A stretch of DNA of 63,917 bases, counting the filler, from Octopus bimaculoides (taxonomy: Eukaryota): NCBI RefSeq assembly GCF_001194135.2. It is 7 parts of 5 records of this genome, joined end to end, with 100 filler letters (N's around TTAATTAATTAA, not from the genome) between each part and the next. Parts side by side here need not be neighbours in the genome. Positions count along the whole stretch, not along the records: positions 36,842 to 39,510 come from NC_068991.1; positions 39,611 to 55,612 come from NC_068991.1; 5 more parts are not named here. The stretch is one strand, 5' to 3'. Made by a program: the position numbers and the translations under genes. This document shows, piece after piece, positions 38,091-51,779 of this stretch. Every line of letters starts with the position of its first letter. Position 1 is the first letter of the stretch. Under the pieces are notes generated by a model. The model was given only the letters and a program-made list of their open reading frames with translations. It ran no database searches and was not told where the DNA came from.

Positions 38091-38577
38091 CATGCACACA
38101 CGCACATGCACACATGCTGAAAGCAGGTTCTATCTCCACACTGTTTGTGAATTACTTCACCATGGTTAACAGCAAATACAACCTGCAACAACCTTCTGTA
38201 ACAAGTAACTGGCAGCAGCATTGTAGCCACAGCTTCTTATACATGTGCCTCTCCCCGGCTCTGCATTGCGGCCATGAACTATGTATGGAACTGTGACGCA
38301 CTCAGCAAGTGCTAATCACCTTTTCCTACACATACATACATACATACACACACATGCACACATACATACACACATACATACATGTATGCACACATACATA
38401 CATACACACAAACATGAAAGGTAGCTATAAACTGAGTACCAGTCTCAAAGAACTTAAGACAGAGTTAAATATTGAGAACATTATTATGTGATGAAACCTC
38501 ACAGCTTATTTTGCTGGATATGATGGAAAGTGTCAGCTGTCCACAGCCAGCAGACTAAGGTGACACTTGTTTACTGG

Positions 38578-39290
38578 TCATGCTTCAAGAATACTGCGCA
38601 GAATTCTTGCAGTTCCAAGCAATGATGATTTTTGTAGGCGTTTTACCTTTGCATTTGTACCAATCTTTTTGAGCCATGTCGGGAGTTGAGTGCTGATATT
38701 TCTAAGTGCAGCAACTACTATTGGTACCACGGTTATTCTCCTAATTGTCCACAACCTTCGTATTTCCCACTTCAAATCGTCATAGTTGTTCAGCTTTTTT
38801 TCTTTCTCTTTGACCCTGTTGTCACTGCAACATGCAACGTCGATTATCATGCATGTTCTTCCTTTTTTTTCACCACAACAATGTCCAGTTTCTTATTTCT
38901 TTATTGCCCCAAGGGGCCAAACATAGAGGGGACAAACAAGGACAGATAAAGGGATTAAGTCGATTACATCGACCCCAGTGCATAACTGGTACTCAATTTA
39001 TCGACCCCGAAAGGACGAAAGGCAAAGCCGACCTCAGCGGAATTTGAACTCAGAATGTAATGGCAGACGAAATACCGCTAAGCATTTCACCCGGTGTGCT
39101 AACATTTCTGCCAGCTCGCCGCCTTCAATGTCCAGTTTCTGATGTCTGGTCAGATAATCACACAGGATTTTGCAATTTTCATTCCCGGTGACTCCTTCTA
39201 TGGGTTTGCTCATACTGCATCTTTGATCTTTGTAGGCTGTGATTTCCACAGAGCTCCAAATGCATCATTCTTGCCATATTATTATTAGTA
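38578..39290 (-). mobile_element. R4/Dong-like RLE LINE 3' fragment interrupted by a SINE
   Basis: EGVTGNENCKILCD...RHQKLDI [SINE] VVV...MIIDVACCSDNRVKEKEKKLNNYDDLKWEIRRLW...VVPIVVAAL...LQKSSLLGTARILRSILEA*. Confidence 0.9.
38894..39125 (-). mobile_element. SINE family A, full length with 15-bp target-site duplication
   Basis: TSD caatgtccagtttct at 38879-38893 and 39126-39140; head aaggcggcgagctggcagaaatgttagcacaccgggtgaaatgcttagcggt. Confidence 0.93.
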
Positions 39291-39468
39291 TCATTATTAA
39301 GTGGCTATATACTCCACTCCATATGAGCTTTCCATTTGTAAATTTTAAATAGAATGAAACATATGGCCGACTGTAATGAATCACATTTTTTTAATGCACT
39401 GCAAAAGAACGACAACAACACCAATAATATATGTGTGTGTGTGTGTGTGGTTATATATATGTGTGTAA

Positions 39469-39510
<42 letters not shown>

Positions 39511-39610
39511 NNNNNNNNNNNNNNNNNNNNNNNNNNNNNNNNNNNNNNNNNNNNTTAATTAATTAANNNNNNNNNNNNNNNNNNNNNNNNNNNNNNNNNN
39601 NNNNNNNNNN

Positions 39611-39662
<52 letters not shown>

Positions 39663-39664
<2 letters not shown>

Positions 39665-40240
39665 GAGTGAAGGGCTACCTACGACGAACCGGATTTTTGC
39701 AATATTATTTTATTCATCTATATTTTCATGTTTACCCTTTTATCTCCTTCAAGGTATTCTTTATGTGAAGCAATGCATCGGTCCAAACGCGTCTTCCACT
39801 GTTCGGAGCCGTGCTGGAACTCTTACGAACTGATGCTTTTAACGTCTCTGTCATCTTTTTACTTCATCTCTTCCATATCTGCAAATTCCGAAGCAACAGA
39901 GATCTGGATCAACTTCCAACTGTTCTGTCAGTTCACGGCATGCATTCAGTCGTGACTGCATATGATCTTCCCTGAGCAAGCGTGACACAAATCTTGTTGC
40001 AACCTTTTCGTTTGCAATTCCTTGCTGAAAATTCGTTAGCAGGAATCCAGGACATACCAGCCTTATCAACCAGTTCTTCAATGGTTGATAAGACCAGTTC
40101 ATGAATTTTCATGATTTTTTCATTCAGTTGGGAGCTCTACGGTCACCCAGGACGCGGTGGGTCTTCAAGCGACAAGTGACGATTCCAAAAGCGTGAAAAT
40201 CACTCGCAAACGTGATTTACTCATAGCCGCGACCTTGTAG
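39663..40240 (-). mobile_element. Internally deleted mariner transposon
   Basis: SLEDPPRPG, VATRFVSRLLREDHMQSRLNACRELTEQLEVDPDL joined directly to the C-terminal EFQHGSEQWKTRLDRCIASHKEYLEGD; catalytic core missing. Confidence 0.85.
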
Positions 40241-40254
40241 TCATTTTGAAACTA

Positions 40255-40767
40255 GTAAAGTACTAGAAAGGAAGAAATACAAGATGTTGTGGGACTTCAA
40301 TATTCAGACTGACACAGACATACAAGCTAGAATGCCTGATTTATTAGTAGTGGATAAAGAAAATAGAAGGTGCCAGGTAATTGACTTTACAAAATGATGA
40401 AAAATTGATATGAGAGGTATAGAAATACTAGGAAAGTATCAGGACCTAGCTATAGGAAAGTAACAGGACCTACAGAGATTATAGAAGGTGCGGGTAAAAT
40501 ATATCCCAGTAGTAGGTGCATTTGGAACTATCCCTAAAAGTCTGGACAGATGGATAGAGGAACTAGGCATAAACCTAGTTTAGTACAGTTCCAGAAAACA
40601 GTGATATTAGGGGCAGCTAAGATACTAAGAATGATTCTTGGCATCTAAGTTTACATGTAGGTCAACGTTAGGATTTGTTTTGTTATTCAAACAGTCTAAT
40701 ATGTTGTGTGTATATGAAAACAATAATGATGATGATGATGATTATTATGATGATGATGATGATGCTT

Positions 40768-40804
<37 letters not shown>

Positions 40805-40810
40805 GAGTCA
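40255..40810 (+). mobile_element. R4/Dong-like RLE LINE 3' fragment followed by (GAT)n
   Basis: KMLWDFNIQTDTDIQARMPDLLVVDKENRRCQVIDF...GKYQDLAI...YIPVVGAFGTIPKSLDRWIEELG...QKTVILGAAKILRMILGI* (stop 40646-40648); (gat)n at 40723-40803. Confidence 0.88.
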
Positions 40811-42266
40811 TGACTAAATAATAATTATCATAATAACATATTCAAAATGAATGAAATAACAACGATATCAATAACAAATATTTGAACATTATGTAATTGT
40901 AGAATGAAATCGTGTTATCCTTTCAATAATAAGTGGCTTCCTGAAAGCATAATTCATAAATGTTCAGTCAACTTTCATCAACATGCGTACGAATATATAG
41001 GTGCTACTATTAAATTTGAATTAAGACATTATAACCACGTTTATTCCTTCAAATATGTAGAACATCCTAATTATACATCTTTTGCCTACTCTTATAAGGG
41101 GGTCGGAAAATTATAGAATGTATATTATCTTGTTTTATTATAAGAAATGTAGCAACCTATAAACCCGGTAGTAAATTTTTCAACATATGTTTATTAGAAA
41201 TTATAGAAATATCAAACTGTAAAAACAGCTGATGCCCACATAAAAAATATAGCACATTCAAATAATTCCAAAATTTCACCAATAAAGTGTTAGAACAATA
41301 TATAATTTATCCTGCTATCTATTGTCGGGCCGTTGCTATGAGAAATGTTATCAATATTGTGAGTGTAGGAACGTGTATGTGTGTCTGTACATCTGTAAAT
41401 ATGGCTATGAGGGGTTGGTTTATATGTGTATACATACGTTTACGTAGGTGTAAATGCATGTATAAGTGTGCACGCGCGTGTATGTATGCGAATGTATTTG
41501 TACGTGTATGTATATATGTATGAATGTTTGTATATGTGTGTGTCTGTATATATGCATATGTATTTCTGTATAGACACAAGCACGTTTCTTGCCATTATTT
41601 GTTCACATACTTACGCGCATCAGAAATGACTCATGCATATATATTATGTTTCTAATATATTTTAACTTCTCAAGAAATATTCTCTACAGTCACTGTGAAT
41701 AACATAATTCTGTCTCATGGTCAGAGGTGTAAAGACACCATAAACTGCCAGAAGCGCGTCGGGTAATTCTCTGGAAAGAAGCAGTTGGCAGATAGCTTGT
41801 TTTCTATACCTTGTACCATTAGAGAGAGAGTTTTTTGTCCTAAGTAACTCAGAGAACTTGACTTAAAGGATAAATTATGTCATAAAGTTACTTTCACTAA
41901 TCCAAATTCGTTTATTCTTCATCAATGTTTAAAACTGATATTGCTGCATCTATTCCAACCGTGAATCCAACTCAGTCACTGATATTCACTGTTCAGGCGA
42001 TACATTTTCAGCTTTCGAATCTGCCCAGCGTTATCTCTTTTCGACATCTACTGAGGAAAGTTAAAGTGCCTTAGAAACGCGGTTGGGAGATGCCTAGAGA
42101 GAAACATTTGGCACATGTAGTGTTTTAAAACCTTTTACTATTTGGGTGCAACTTTTCCACAGTAACAGGCAAGGAAATTGCCTTTAGAATTTAAATATGT
42201 AACGAACATGTTTTAACTACACACACACACGCACGCACACGCGTGCCCTCATCTATTAATACTCAT

Positions 42267-42329
<63 letters not shown>

Positions 42330-42744
42330 NNNNNNNNNNNNNNNNNNNNNNNNNNNNNNNNNNNNNNNNNNNNNNNNNNNNNNNNNNNNNNNNNNNNNNN
42401 NNNNNNNNNNNNNNNNNNNNNNNNNNNNNNNNNNNNNNNNNNNNNNNNNNNNNNNNNNNNNNNNNNNNNNNNNNNNNNNNNNNNNNNNNNNNNNNNNNNN
42501 NNNNNNNNNNNNNNNNNNNNNNNNNNNNNNNNNNNNNNNNNNNNNNNNNNNNNNNNNNNNNNNNNNNNNNNNNNNNNNNNNNNNNNNNNNNNNNNNNNNN
42601 NNNNNNNNNNNNNNNNNNNNNNNNNNNNNNNNNNNNNNNNNNNNNNNNNNNNNNNNNNNNNNNNNNNNNNNNNNNNNNGCTTTTTAACAGTTGAAATATA
42701 TTTTGTAAATACTGCTACATATTTTATCACTCTCTTTTGCGAAC

Positions 42745-42796
42745 CCTCCCCAACACCGGTCCTCAAGTGGTGGTGGGGCACAGATACATACAGAAG

Positions 42797-42841
<45 letters not shown>

Positions 42842-43036
42842 ACACACCACACACACACAATCATGCATACACACGCACACACGCACGCATACACTCAAAT
42901 ATAGATAGAACGTGTTTCGTTCAATTTCCGCCTACCAAATACACTCAAAAGGCTTTGGTCTGGCCGAGGCTATAGTAGAAGACACTTATTCAAGATGCCT
43001 CGCAGTGGGACTGAAGCAGGAACAATGTGGTTGGGA
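42745..43036 (-). mobile_element. SINE family B, partial
   Basis: ctaccaaatacactcaaaaggctttggtctggccgaggctatagtagaagacactt...cgcagtgggactgaa...atgtggttggga. Confidence 0.85.
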
Positions 43037-46000
43037 ATTCCATTGATAGAGATTGGTAAATCCGCAGCTTGTGTATAACAAAAATATGTGTAGTGTTGGA
43101 ATTTTCATAGAGTCTAGAACCTCTTCATTTCCAAGCAAATTACAAAGCAACACGTCTATCCCTTTAGATATATTTATTGTAGCATAGACAACCTGGAACG
43201 TTCGAATTTTGTTACACATTGTTATAATAGGGGAAATAACTTTAAAACAATTAAGTCCAAATGTCTAAACTTCATTCATCCAGTCAGTCCACAACCCTAA
43301 AATGTATTTTGTTTTTTCGTTTTTTGCTTGTATGTATAGCACTTTCCGTGGAAATTATCTGAGAATCCTCTTGTGATAATCAGATAAACTTTGATAATTT
43401 CGTTCTCGTGGAAGATATAGCAGACCTATACGTGACATTTATATTGATGAAATAGTACATGCAAATAACATTTATTGCTTTTATGATCCCGAAACATTAC
43501 TACTATACATAATCAAATAGTGTGAGCTCATAAATCACTTGTCTTGGAATATATGTGAATTCCAGTTCGTATGTAAGTATTGCATGCAGGGTACAGATCA
43601 TAAGTAGTCATTCTGTTAAAGAGAGTTATAACGATGGTGCATGGTTTAGACATACAAAATTTACAATTCATGGAAGCAAATAGTTGTCACCATGCCTAAT
43701 AATGGTAGCTATACTTGGATATACACTACATAATTCTGTCTAAATTATCTACACACAGAAACATGCACACCGAATTCTATCTGTACCACAAGTTTATTTT
43801 TGATGGATTAACGGGCAATTCGTTTTGATACTTATAATTGCCTGTGATTTGTTTCTAAGACTGAACCAAGACACTTTTCATATACATTAAAAAAATAAGA
43901 GACTCTAAGGGGATTTGGAAAACGTAGTAACTTTAAAGAGCACCAGTCAAGTATATGTTTCGGCCTTTAGCCCCATACACTTTAAGGAGCTTGGCTGCAT
44001 CAAGGTCTTAAGTCCTAGACATGCCACTGCTGTCACAGTCTTTGCCACTGTCTACATTGTAACACCATTGTCTGCTTAATATTCCTCACATCGTAACGAC
44101 CTTGGTGTTTTAACCAATTCATTAGGGATGTCTGTTAACTGTAGGATAATTATAATTGAAAGCGGGCAAATATCATTTCTGTGATAATATGGTCAATGCT
44201 TGACATTTTAAAAACCAAAATACGCTGACTTAACTTTTCACATGTTTCACTGCCTTATATATTAGTTTATATGATCTGATTGTCTTCAAGAGATATGGAC
44301 TGTTGGATACGTCGTTTCGGGTGAAGTTATATTCTATTCTTTAGTAACTGATCGTCACCAGATTTGGCCGCTCCTGTTAGGATCATGTTACTGAATTCGA
44401 TGTTATTTGAACACATAATCATAATATTGTTCATTCAGAAATTTCAGAAAAAAGACGAACGCAAGTGTATATATACATGGCAATAAATATCATGAATTAA
44501 ATGTCTACAAATAAATTATTATAATTGTTATAATGTTCAAATGATGTTTACTAGAAATAAAAAAAAAATTAGAGACAACTTTGTAAATTATAGTCGCCAA
44601 GATGGATAGAGTAGATCAGGACTCGTGCTGTTGTTAGCTAAACTGTTAGAGGAAGCAGAATATAACTACTGTGGGTCTCGTATAAAACTAATGGATTCTA
44701 TAAGGCAATGAACCTTCAAATTCTCACAACAAATACCATTACAAACGTATACAGATTATTTTATGTAAATTTAGTAGAATGGAATGTACTCTAATCACTT
44801 TTCTATCTCTCTTGCTATAGTTCTGTTTATAGATGTACACAAATACATAAACACACATACATTCACACACATACATATTCATTTAATGAGCATTACATTT
44901 TTATCTTGTCAGAATATTGATGATTATGTAGATGGAAATAACATTTTTGTAATGGCTTATTGATTTATGAAATAGCCTGGAGAAATCGTGCAAATAGGAT
45001 GTTAAAGCGTTGCTTCATTAGCTACGGTGGAAATTGTGCATGTGGGGTGTGGGTCATATTAGTTAAACATCTGTGTATTAATAATTTTAACATAGCCATA
45101 AGAAACACATATGGGTTGGGGGTTTGAAATTGTATTTAACTTCATCGATCAGGTACTTGTTTCTAGATTATTCTATCGATCTTGTAAGAAGGCAATGTAA
45201 AAATCAACAGCATTGCGATTTGAAGTCAAACGCAGTGCATTTTTGATAATTATTTTATTGACATTTTAAAAGAGAAAGCCTGGGGTGAATAAAAGCCGTG
45301 AATAGACCGATCGAGACTAGATAATATAACGATTACCCTTATGAATTTTTACTTAAAAAGAGAATCAGCTTCGCAACCAACATGCTTTCGTCTCCAGTTA
45401 CTTTAAAACGTCTCTACCAAATAATCTTCACCCATGAATTATTAATTAATATTTGGTTATCAGGATGTGTATTGGCGCACGTTGGAGTGACCATTTTGGT
45501 TGTTTGCTTGAACATATACCATGTCAACCTGTAATAAACGAGCACTGATACATCAGCAGAGTTCACTATATTGCACACATTGGAGACTCTTCATCGGTTG
45601 AGAATAAGCGATTCACTTTACTCCATATATAATTCTGAAGCTTTCATGAAATTTAAAGATGCTGCTTCCTTTTATTATTGACTCTTCCTAGCAAAATTTA
45701 TTCGACATTGATTGTATTTGAACTCACGATTCGTATTGCAAAATCACTAACTGAAACAATGAAATCCAAACATCGATCGAGTAAATTTTTACGCAGCAAT
45801 TTGTTTTGTAAACTCAATGAATTGTATAAATATATAGGCAATAGCTTCATTGTTTAAAAGTAATTATCTCCTACCAGTTTCGTATACATATATCTGATTG
45901 CAATCACCAACATATCGAGTAATGTTTTATGTATACACGCAATATAAACGCAACGCGTTGATGGAACGCGGAGAGTATTTCAGAATCTCCTAGTCCTATT

Positions 46001-47344
46001 TAGCGCTTACACCAACCATCTACGTGAATGTAACACGAAGTAGGTAACACTTTACATTAGACTGTGTACAAAATTCACATACGCAGACACGCATGCACAT
46101 ACACATACGTACACACACATACACACACATGCATCCAACGCACATATAGCTTGTACATACTCTTTCACTCTCTCATACGTGATAAAGATGTAAATGTTTT
46201 CTTGTAATGTTGTCAATTAACGGTAACAACTTTATTTTGTTTGAAGAAAAATAAAATTTTAAAAAATTGTTTTCGTATATTGTCTAAATCTGAGAACCAC
46301 AAACCCTGCCATCATACATACACTCACACATACGAACACATGTGTGTATATACATGAGTGTCTGTGCATATGTGTGTGTTTGTGCGGTCGCGCGTGATCG
46401 TACATATGTATGGGTGTGTGTACGGATGCGTGAACGAAATGGTTGAGACTTGCAGTGTCACATGGACAGCCTAGATTTATGTTCTCCTACAGTCTACTTT
46501 GAATTCAGATCCTAGCGAAACCAACGGAAAATCTGCATAATTTTCTCACATTGTGAATGATGCGTTGTCAGTAAACTAATCACAATGACTAATGAAAAGC
46601 TCTGTATCACACATTTTCTAATAGGGGTACTCTTTGTCAGAATTAGAGCATATTTCCACCTTCTAAATGCGTTTATTTTTGTTTCAATTAGAGTTGGATC
46701 TCCTAAGACATTGTAATCGGGTTTAAGTCTTAGTTCCCCTAATCAACATTTCAATGTTGCATGAGGAATATTCCTCATCACCAATATATTACATTACTGG
46801 CTGTCTTGTGGATAACACTTGGAAACACGTTAAGTGTTACCTTAGATGTTTTCTGTCCTATACAAAACAAAATCAGTCTCAACTATAGACAATAATAACC
46901 GATATCAAGCACACAATATCCAGTTCCGTACAATAATAGGACAGGGCTCATACATTTCAACATGCTTCTCTCTACATGTGCCATCTAGTGTTGACACCGA
47001 ATAGAGTTGAAGATACAAACTCTTTAGAGTGTCTTCATTTCGTTATTATAATAATTCTAAGTTCAACAGTAGGTTGAAAATCCGATCTTATTCAACCGGT
47101 ATTTCTATGGAAGTATGTTCAGATCAGTTGCAATCCATAGTTCCAGCTGAGTGGAAAATTACCATTCAAGCATTCTAGAAACATTCTGATATCCATGCAG
47201 GAATCCTGTTCCTAGAATACTGGAATGTGAAATACGTTACAGCTCATAGTTTTCTTGTTAGTTATGATGACTGTTCCATTAAATCCAGGGTTAACGAGTC
47301 CTTTGCAAATACTATTATCAGCTTCCTTCATTGTAATATTTTCA

Positions 47345-47490
47345 CCATTGTGCGACATTAAGTTCTGAGTTCAAATTCAGCCGAGGTCAACGTTGGCTTC
47401 CTTGCTTTGGGGACGATAAAATAAGTACCATTTCAGCATTAGAGTCGATTTAACAGAACTACCCATAATCCTAAAACAGCTAGTCTTGTA
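47345..47490 (+). mobile_element. SINE family A remnant
   Basis: gttctgagttcaaattcagccgaggtcaacgttggcttccttgctttggggacgataaaataagtacca. Confidence 0.7.
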
Positions 47491-48924
47491 ACACATTTTG
47501 AAAGCAATATGTTTTACGCTGTTCCTATTAACATTTCATTTATTATATTGTATTAGTTCTTATATTCTCATCAAGTTCCTCTTAATTTATTGCCATCGTT
47601 TCTTTTACCACATCATTTATTACCGTCTAGAAATATCTGAAACGTTTATCAATTGCTTTATTGCTGCTATGTATTTACTAAAAGAAATACGAATGTATAT
47701 ATATATATATATTTTTTTATATATGACGTTGACCACTAACGTGGACATTCAATGCGCTAGAAATAGATCACATCTTGTGTCTAAAAAGACCTAAATTGTT
47801 CTCAACATGAAATATAGCGTGATACCAAAACGTAAGCGGGCAAGACATTTAAAATCACCGAAAAGGAACATTATTAAACAGGTACCGGTTTCAAATTTAA
47901 CAATCTTACCGACTGTCTATTTCTCTTCAGCCTGATTTGTAATGGAACCATAATCATCAGAAGCCCATACAAAGTTACCCACCGCCATAGGTGCGCGTGT
48001 ATATGGTTCTGCTAATTACAGCTTANNNNNNNNNNNNNNNNNNNNNNNNNNNNNNNNNNNNNNNNNNNNNNNNNNNNNNNNNNNNNNNNNNNNNNNNNNN
48101 NNNNNNNNNNNNNNNNNNNNNNNNNNNNNNNNNNNNNNNNNNNNNNNNNNNNNNNNNNNNNNNNNNNNNNNNNNNNNNNNNNNNNNNNNNNNNNNNNNNN
48201 NNNNNNNNNNNNNNNNNNNNNNNNNNNNNNNNNNNNNNNNNNNNNNNNNNNNNNNNNNNNNNNNNNNNNNNNNNNNNNNNNNNNNNNNNNNNNNNNNNNN
48301 NNNNNNNNNNNNNNNNNNNNNNNNNNNNNNNNNNNNNNNNNNNNNNNNNNNNNNNNNNNNNNNNNNNNNNNNNNNNNNNNNNNNNNNNNNNNNNNNNNNN
48401 NNNNNNNNNNNNNNNNNNNNNNNNNNNNNNNNNNNNNNNNNNNNNNNNNNNNNNNNNNNNNNNNNNNNNNNNNNNNNNNNNNNNNNNNNNNNNNNNNNNN
48501 NNNNNNNNNNNNNNNNNNNNNNNNNNNNNNATATACATGTACATTATATGTATGCAAACAAACACACACGCATACATACACATACATATACATATATATA
48601 TATACATATATATACTTATATAAATATATGCATACATATATACATACGTGTATACATACATACATACATACATATTTATATACATACATATATAAATATG
48701 TATATTCGTAGATATATAGATATGTGTGTGTGCGTGCCCGTACATATGTGTACGCGTGTGTGTGTGCGCGTGTGAGTGTGTGTGTAAACATTTTATGACA
48801 TTACTATCTCTCGACCTTTTCGATTAACCTTTTCCTTACTGTCGACAATGGACATTATTTGAGCTTCTTTCGCATATTAAAAAATGCAGCACTCAAATAT
48901 ATATATTCTTTCTTTATTTACACA

Positions 48925-49700
48925 CTAAGGTGGGTAAGATTGGGCCTATTAAAGGACGCAATTTTAGATTCCAAGTTTAGTGTTGTAGAGCAGGATATTT
49001 TACTGGAATATTTATAAAAGATATGGTGTTATTTAGGTTTTGGTGAAAGTCGGAAATTAGGATTTTGAAAATTACCTTGAGTAATGATTTACCTTGATGT
49101 GAGAATGATGGAGCGAACCACAGGAACTGCTTTCTACTTACGGAGGCTTTAGGACAGAGCATGTACTGGGCAGACCTACTTAGGGAAATTTGAAGTTGAT
49201 TAACCTTTCGAGGCGGCCAGAAAACCAGCAAGTACAGGGAATACGGAAATTCATTCGAGGTTTGATGAGATTTGAATTAATAGAGGTAAACTCAGCGGAG
49301 ACAAGATTCGCTTTAGAAAAGAGAATGCACGGATTTTGATTTTTAATTAATATTGTATATAAAAAAAGATTTTCTTGCGGAAGACCGTAATCTACAGAGC
49401 CTGTTTATAGTACGGCGTATGAATTTTAAAAATATGCTCATTAGTTGATATTTTAGAAATCCTGATGGTAACACCAGTGACGATGATATTAAGAGTAAAT
49501 GCAGGGTGGTTGAATAAGACGTTGCTATGTTGTAGTAACTCACTCGATTTATGGTAAGGATAAGTTCAGAGTGACATCTAAGAAGTTAGCTCTTTTGGTG
49601 TTATTTTCAAATGAGATGCAAAGGTTATAATTTTTAACGAATCTATGGAAAGCCTGCCGGATACAGTTTTTTTATTGTTAGCCTACTTGATTTATATCCT
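48925..49700 (-). mobile_element. Decayed Penelope-like element (RT C-terminus and linker)
   Basis: Minus pieces NYNLCISFENNTKRANFLDVTLNL, NHPAFTLNIIVTGVTIRISKISTNEHIFKIHTPYYKQAL, FLWFAPSFSHQ and KISCSTTLNLESKIASFNR follow the usual PLE RT-to-GIY-YIG order. Confidence 0.75.
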
Positions 49701-50438
49701 ATTACCAAGCGTAGAATGAAGGCACAATGCGAATCCTAAAAACTACTACTAATTTCCAGTAAACAACACTGACTTGATCATTTTCCAATACCATTTATTG
49801 ACATATGTAATTTATACAACAATAACGTGCAAGGATTTACATCAACTACAGAAGAATGGAACAAAGATACAAAGTAATCTAATACATTTGTAATAATACA
49901 CCTACTAGGTTTAAGTGTCTATTAGCAATAAATTAAAAGAAAATAACAATTATATCTTAATATTTGATGAAAAACGAAAGACATATTTCTTAATATGAGG
50001 GCATATAGATATAATAATGTTCGTATTGTCTACTGACATTTTTATTGTTGAAAAGTTGTCAATAAAACGACATTCACAGAGTAACATTTAAAGTATTATG
50101 TCTAATTAGTATTCCTTTATCACACGACGAACAATATTATACGAAAATCATACATACTTAATGTTGAGATAAATAAATAACATGTATATCTGAAAAACGT
50201 CAATTGTTAGCCGGCTTTGTCCTATTACCGCCAACACGAACATGGGTGTATAAATAATAATTTTCAAACCAGTAAATCTGTAGTGTGTATCCGTAACATA
50301 TGTTGTTTCTCTCACATTAGATATTGTTAATATTAATCCAGTGTAAGAGCCACGATGCAGAATGGATTCAGTAGAGCAGTGAATTTTAAAATTATGACAG
50401 TTCCTGTGTTCCTATGAATATATGATAATGTATGCATC

Positions 50439-50494
<56 letters not shown>

Positions 50495-51264
50495 CGTATA
50501 TATGAGCTCGTAAATATGCTGATAACTATATACGATGTATGTATATGTACAGGTATATCAGTTGCTAATGTGGGCCTTCTAATTCTCTACATACATTGTA
50601 TACAGATATTTATAATTATATTCATGCTTTAATACTTAGAAGTCTTCTGCCGATTGCATTCTAAACGTTTATTATCAGTTTTCCTTTCGTTTACTTTATG
50701 GCTTATAATGAGGAATGCCATGATTTATTCGTATTCTTTCTTAACAGCTGTTATACCTATAATGATCAACATATTAAACATATTCATGGACGAAAATGAG
50801 CGAAAAATTACACCATAAAAGATATTTCTGTATTATTAAGTAAGAAAACAGGTACTTGTGTAGCAGCGATAAGGTTTTACTACATGTACATTTATAACTA
50901 GTAAAATCGAGTAATCATTCAAAGATAGGGCTTCTTCTCAGTTACCATTCCAATAGCTGAAAATCGAATCGAAATCTCTGTTAAATAGAGGCGCACGGTA
51001 GATTATAGGGAATCACACTAATCGATATGCCAAAGCATTTCGCCCACGAAATTCGCCCTTCGAAAATATACTCCCAGCTCATAAATTAAGAAATGGTGTT
51101 AAACGCAGGTGTTATTCAAATCTTTATACTTCCGACATATCTTTGAAAGAAAACATTGGTATTATTCCTGAAGGAATAAAATGATGTAAAACAATGTAAT
51201 CATCTCGCCAGGGACAAAAAAGAAACAAAACACATCACTGAGTCAGTTTAACCGAATGTGATTA

Positions 51265-51548
51265 CCGTGTACATGATGACAGGGGCGCTGGCAAGTTATA
51301 TGTGAGAAACTCATTGACGCAAATTGCTGACTTTGCCGATGGCACGCCGGTGTCGATTAATGGTTGAATGACCAAATCCAAGCTTCTCGGCTAGTTATGA
51401 TGGAATTTGTTCCACCAGCGTTTTCAGGACCTCCTTGTCGAGCTCTATAGGTCTTCCAGGACGAGACTCGTCTTCTAGGCTGTAGTTTCCAGCTCAGAAT
51501 TTCTGGTACCACTGGGTTACACCTATAGTCCGATCCTCATATATTGCA
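51265..51548 (-). mobile_element. Mariner transposase remnant (HTH region)
   Basis: IYEDRTIGVTQWYQKF*AGNYSLEDESRPGRPIELDKEVLKTLVEQ...LAEKLGFGHSTINRHRRAIGKVSNLRQ*VSH. Confidence 0.88.
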
Positions 51549-51779
51549 TTAATATTTCTCACTTTTTCTGATACGCTGTTGCCTTTATTGAACTCATAAA
51601 GAAAAAAAAAGGTGAATATGCTTCCTTGTCACTTCCATTATAACTTTGAAACCCAATATATAGATGTTTACATTAATAGATCCAACTTACACAGAGACAA
51701 GCGACAGAGAATATTAAAGGCGGGGAGGAAACTCATATTATGATAATACTATGATACAAATATGGATGGAAGACTTTCA

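Noticed and set aside
41690-42170. Possible Tc1 or zinc-finger remnant on the minus strand
   Set aside because: Motif resemblance (KR*RWA...EQ*) too weak to support a call.
49114-49161. MMERTTG on the + strand resembling TDG MVERTTPG
   Set aside because: Stop after a few codons, no splice sites, and the region is the antisense of a Penelope-like remnant.
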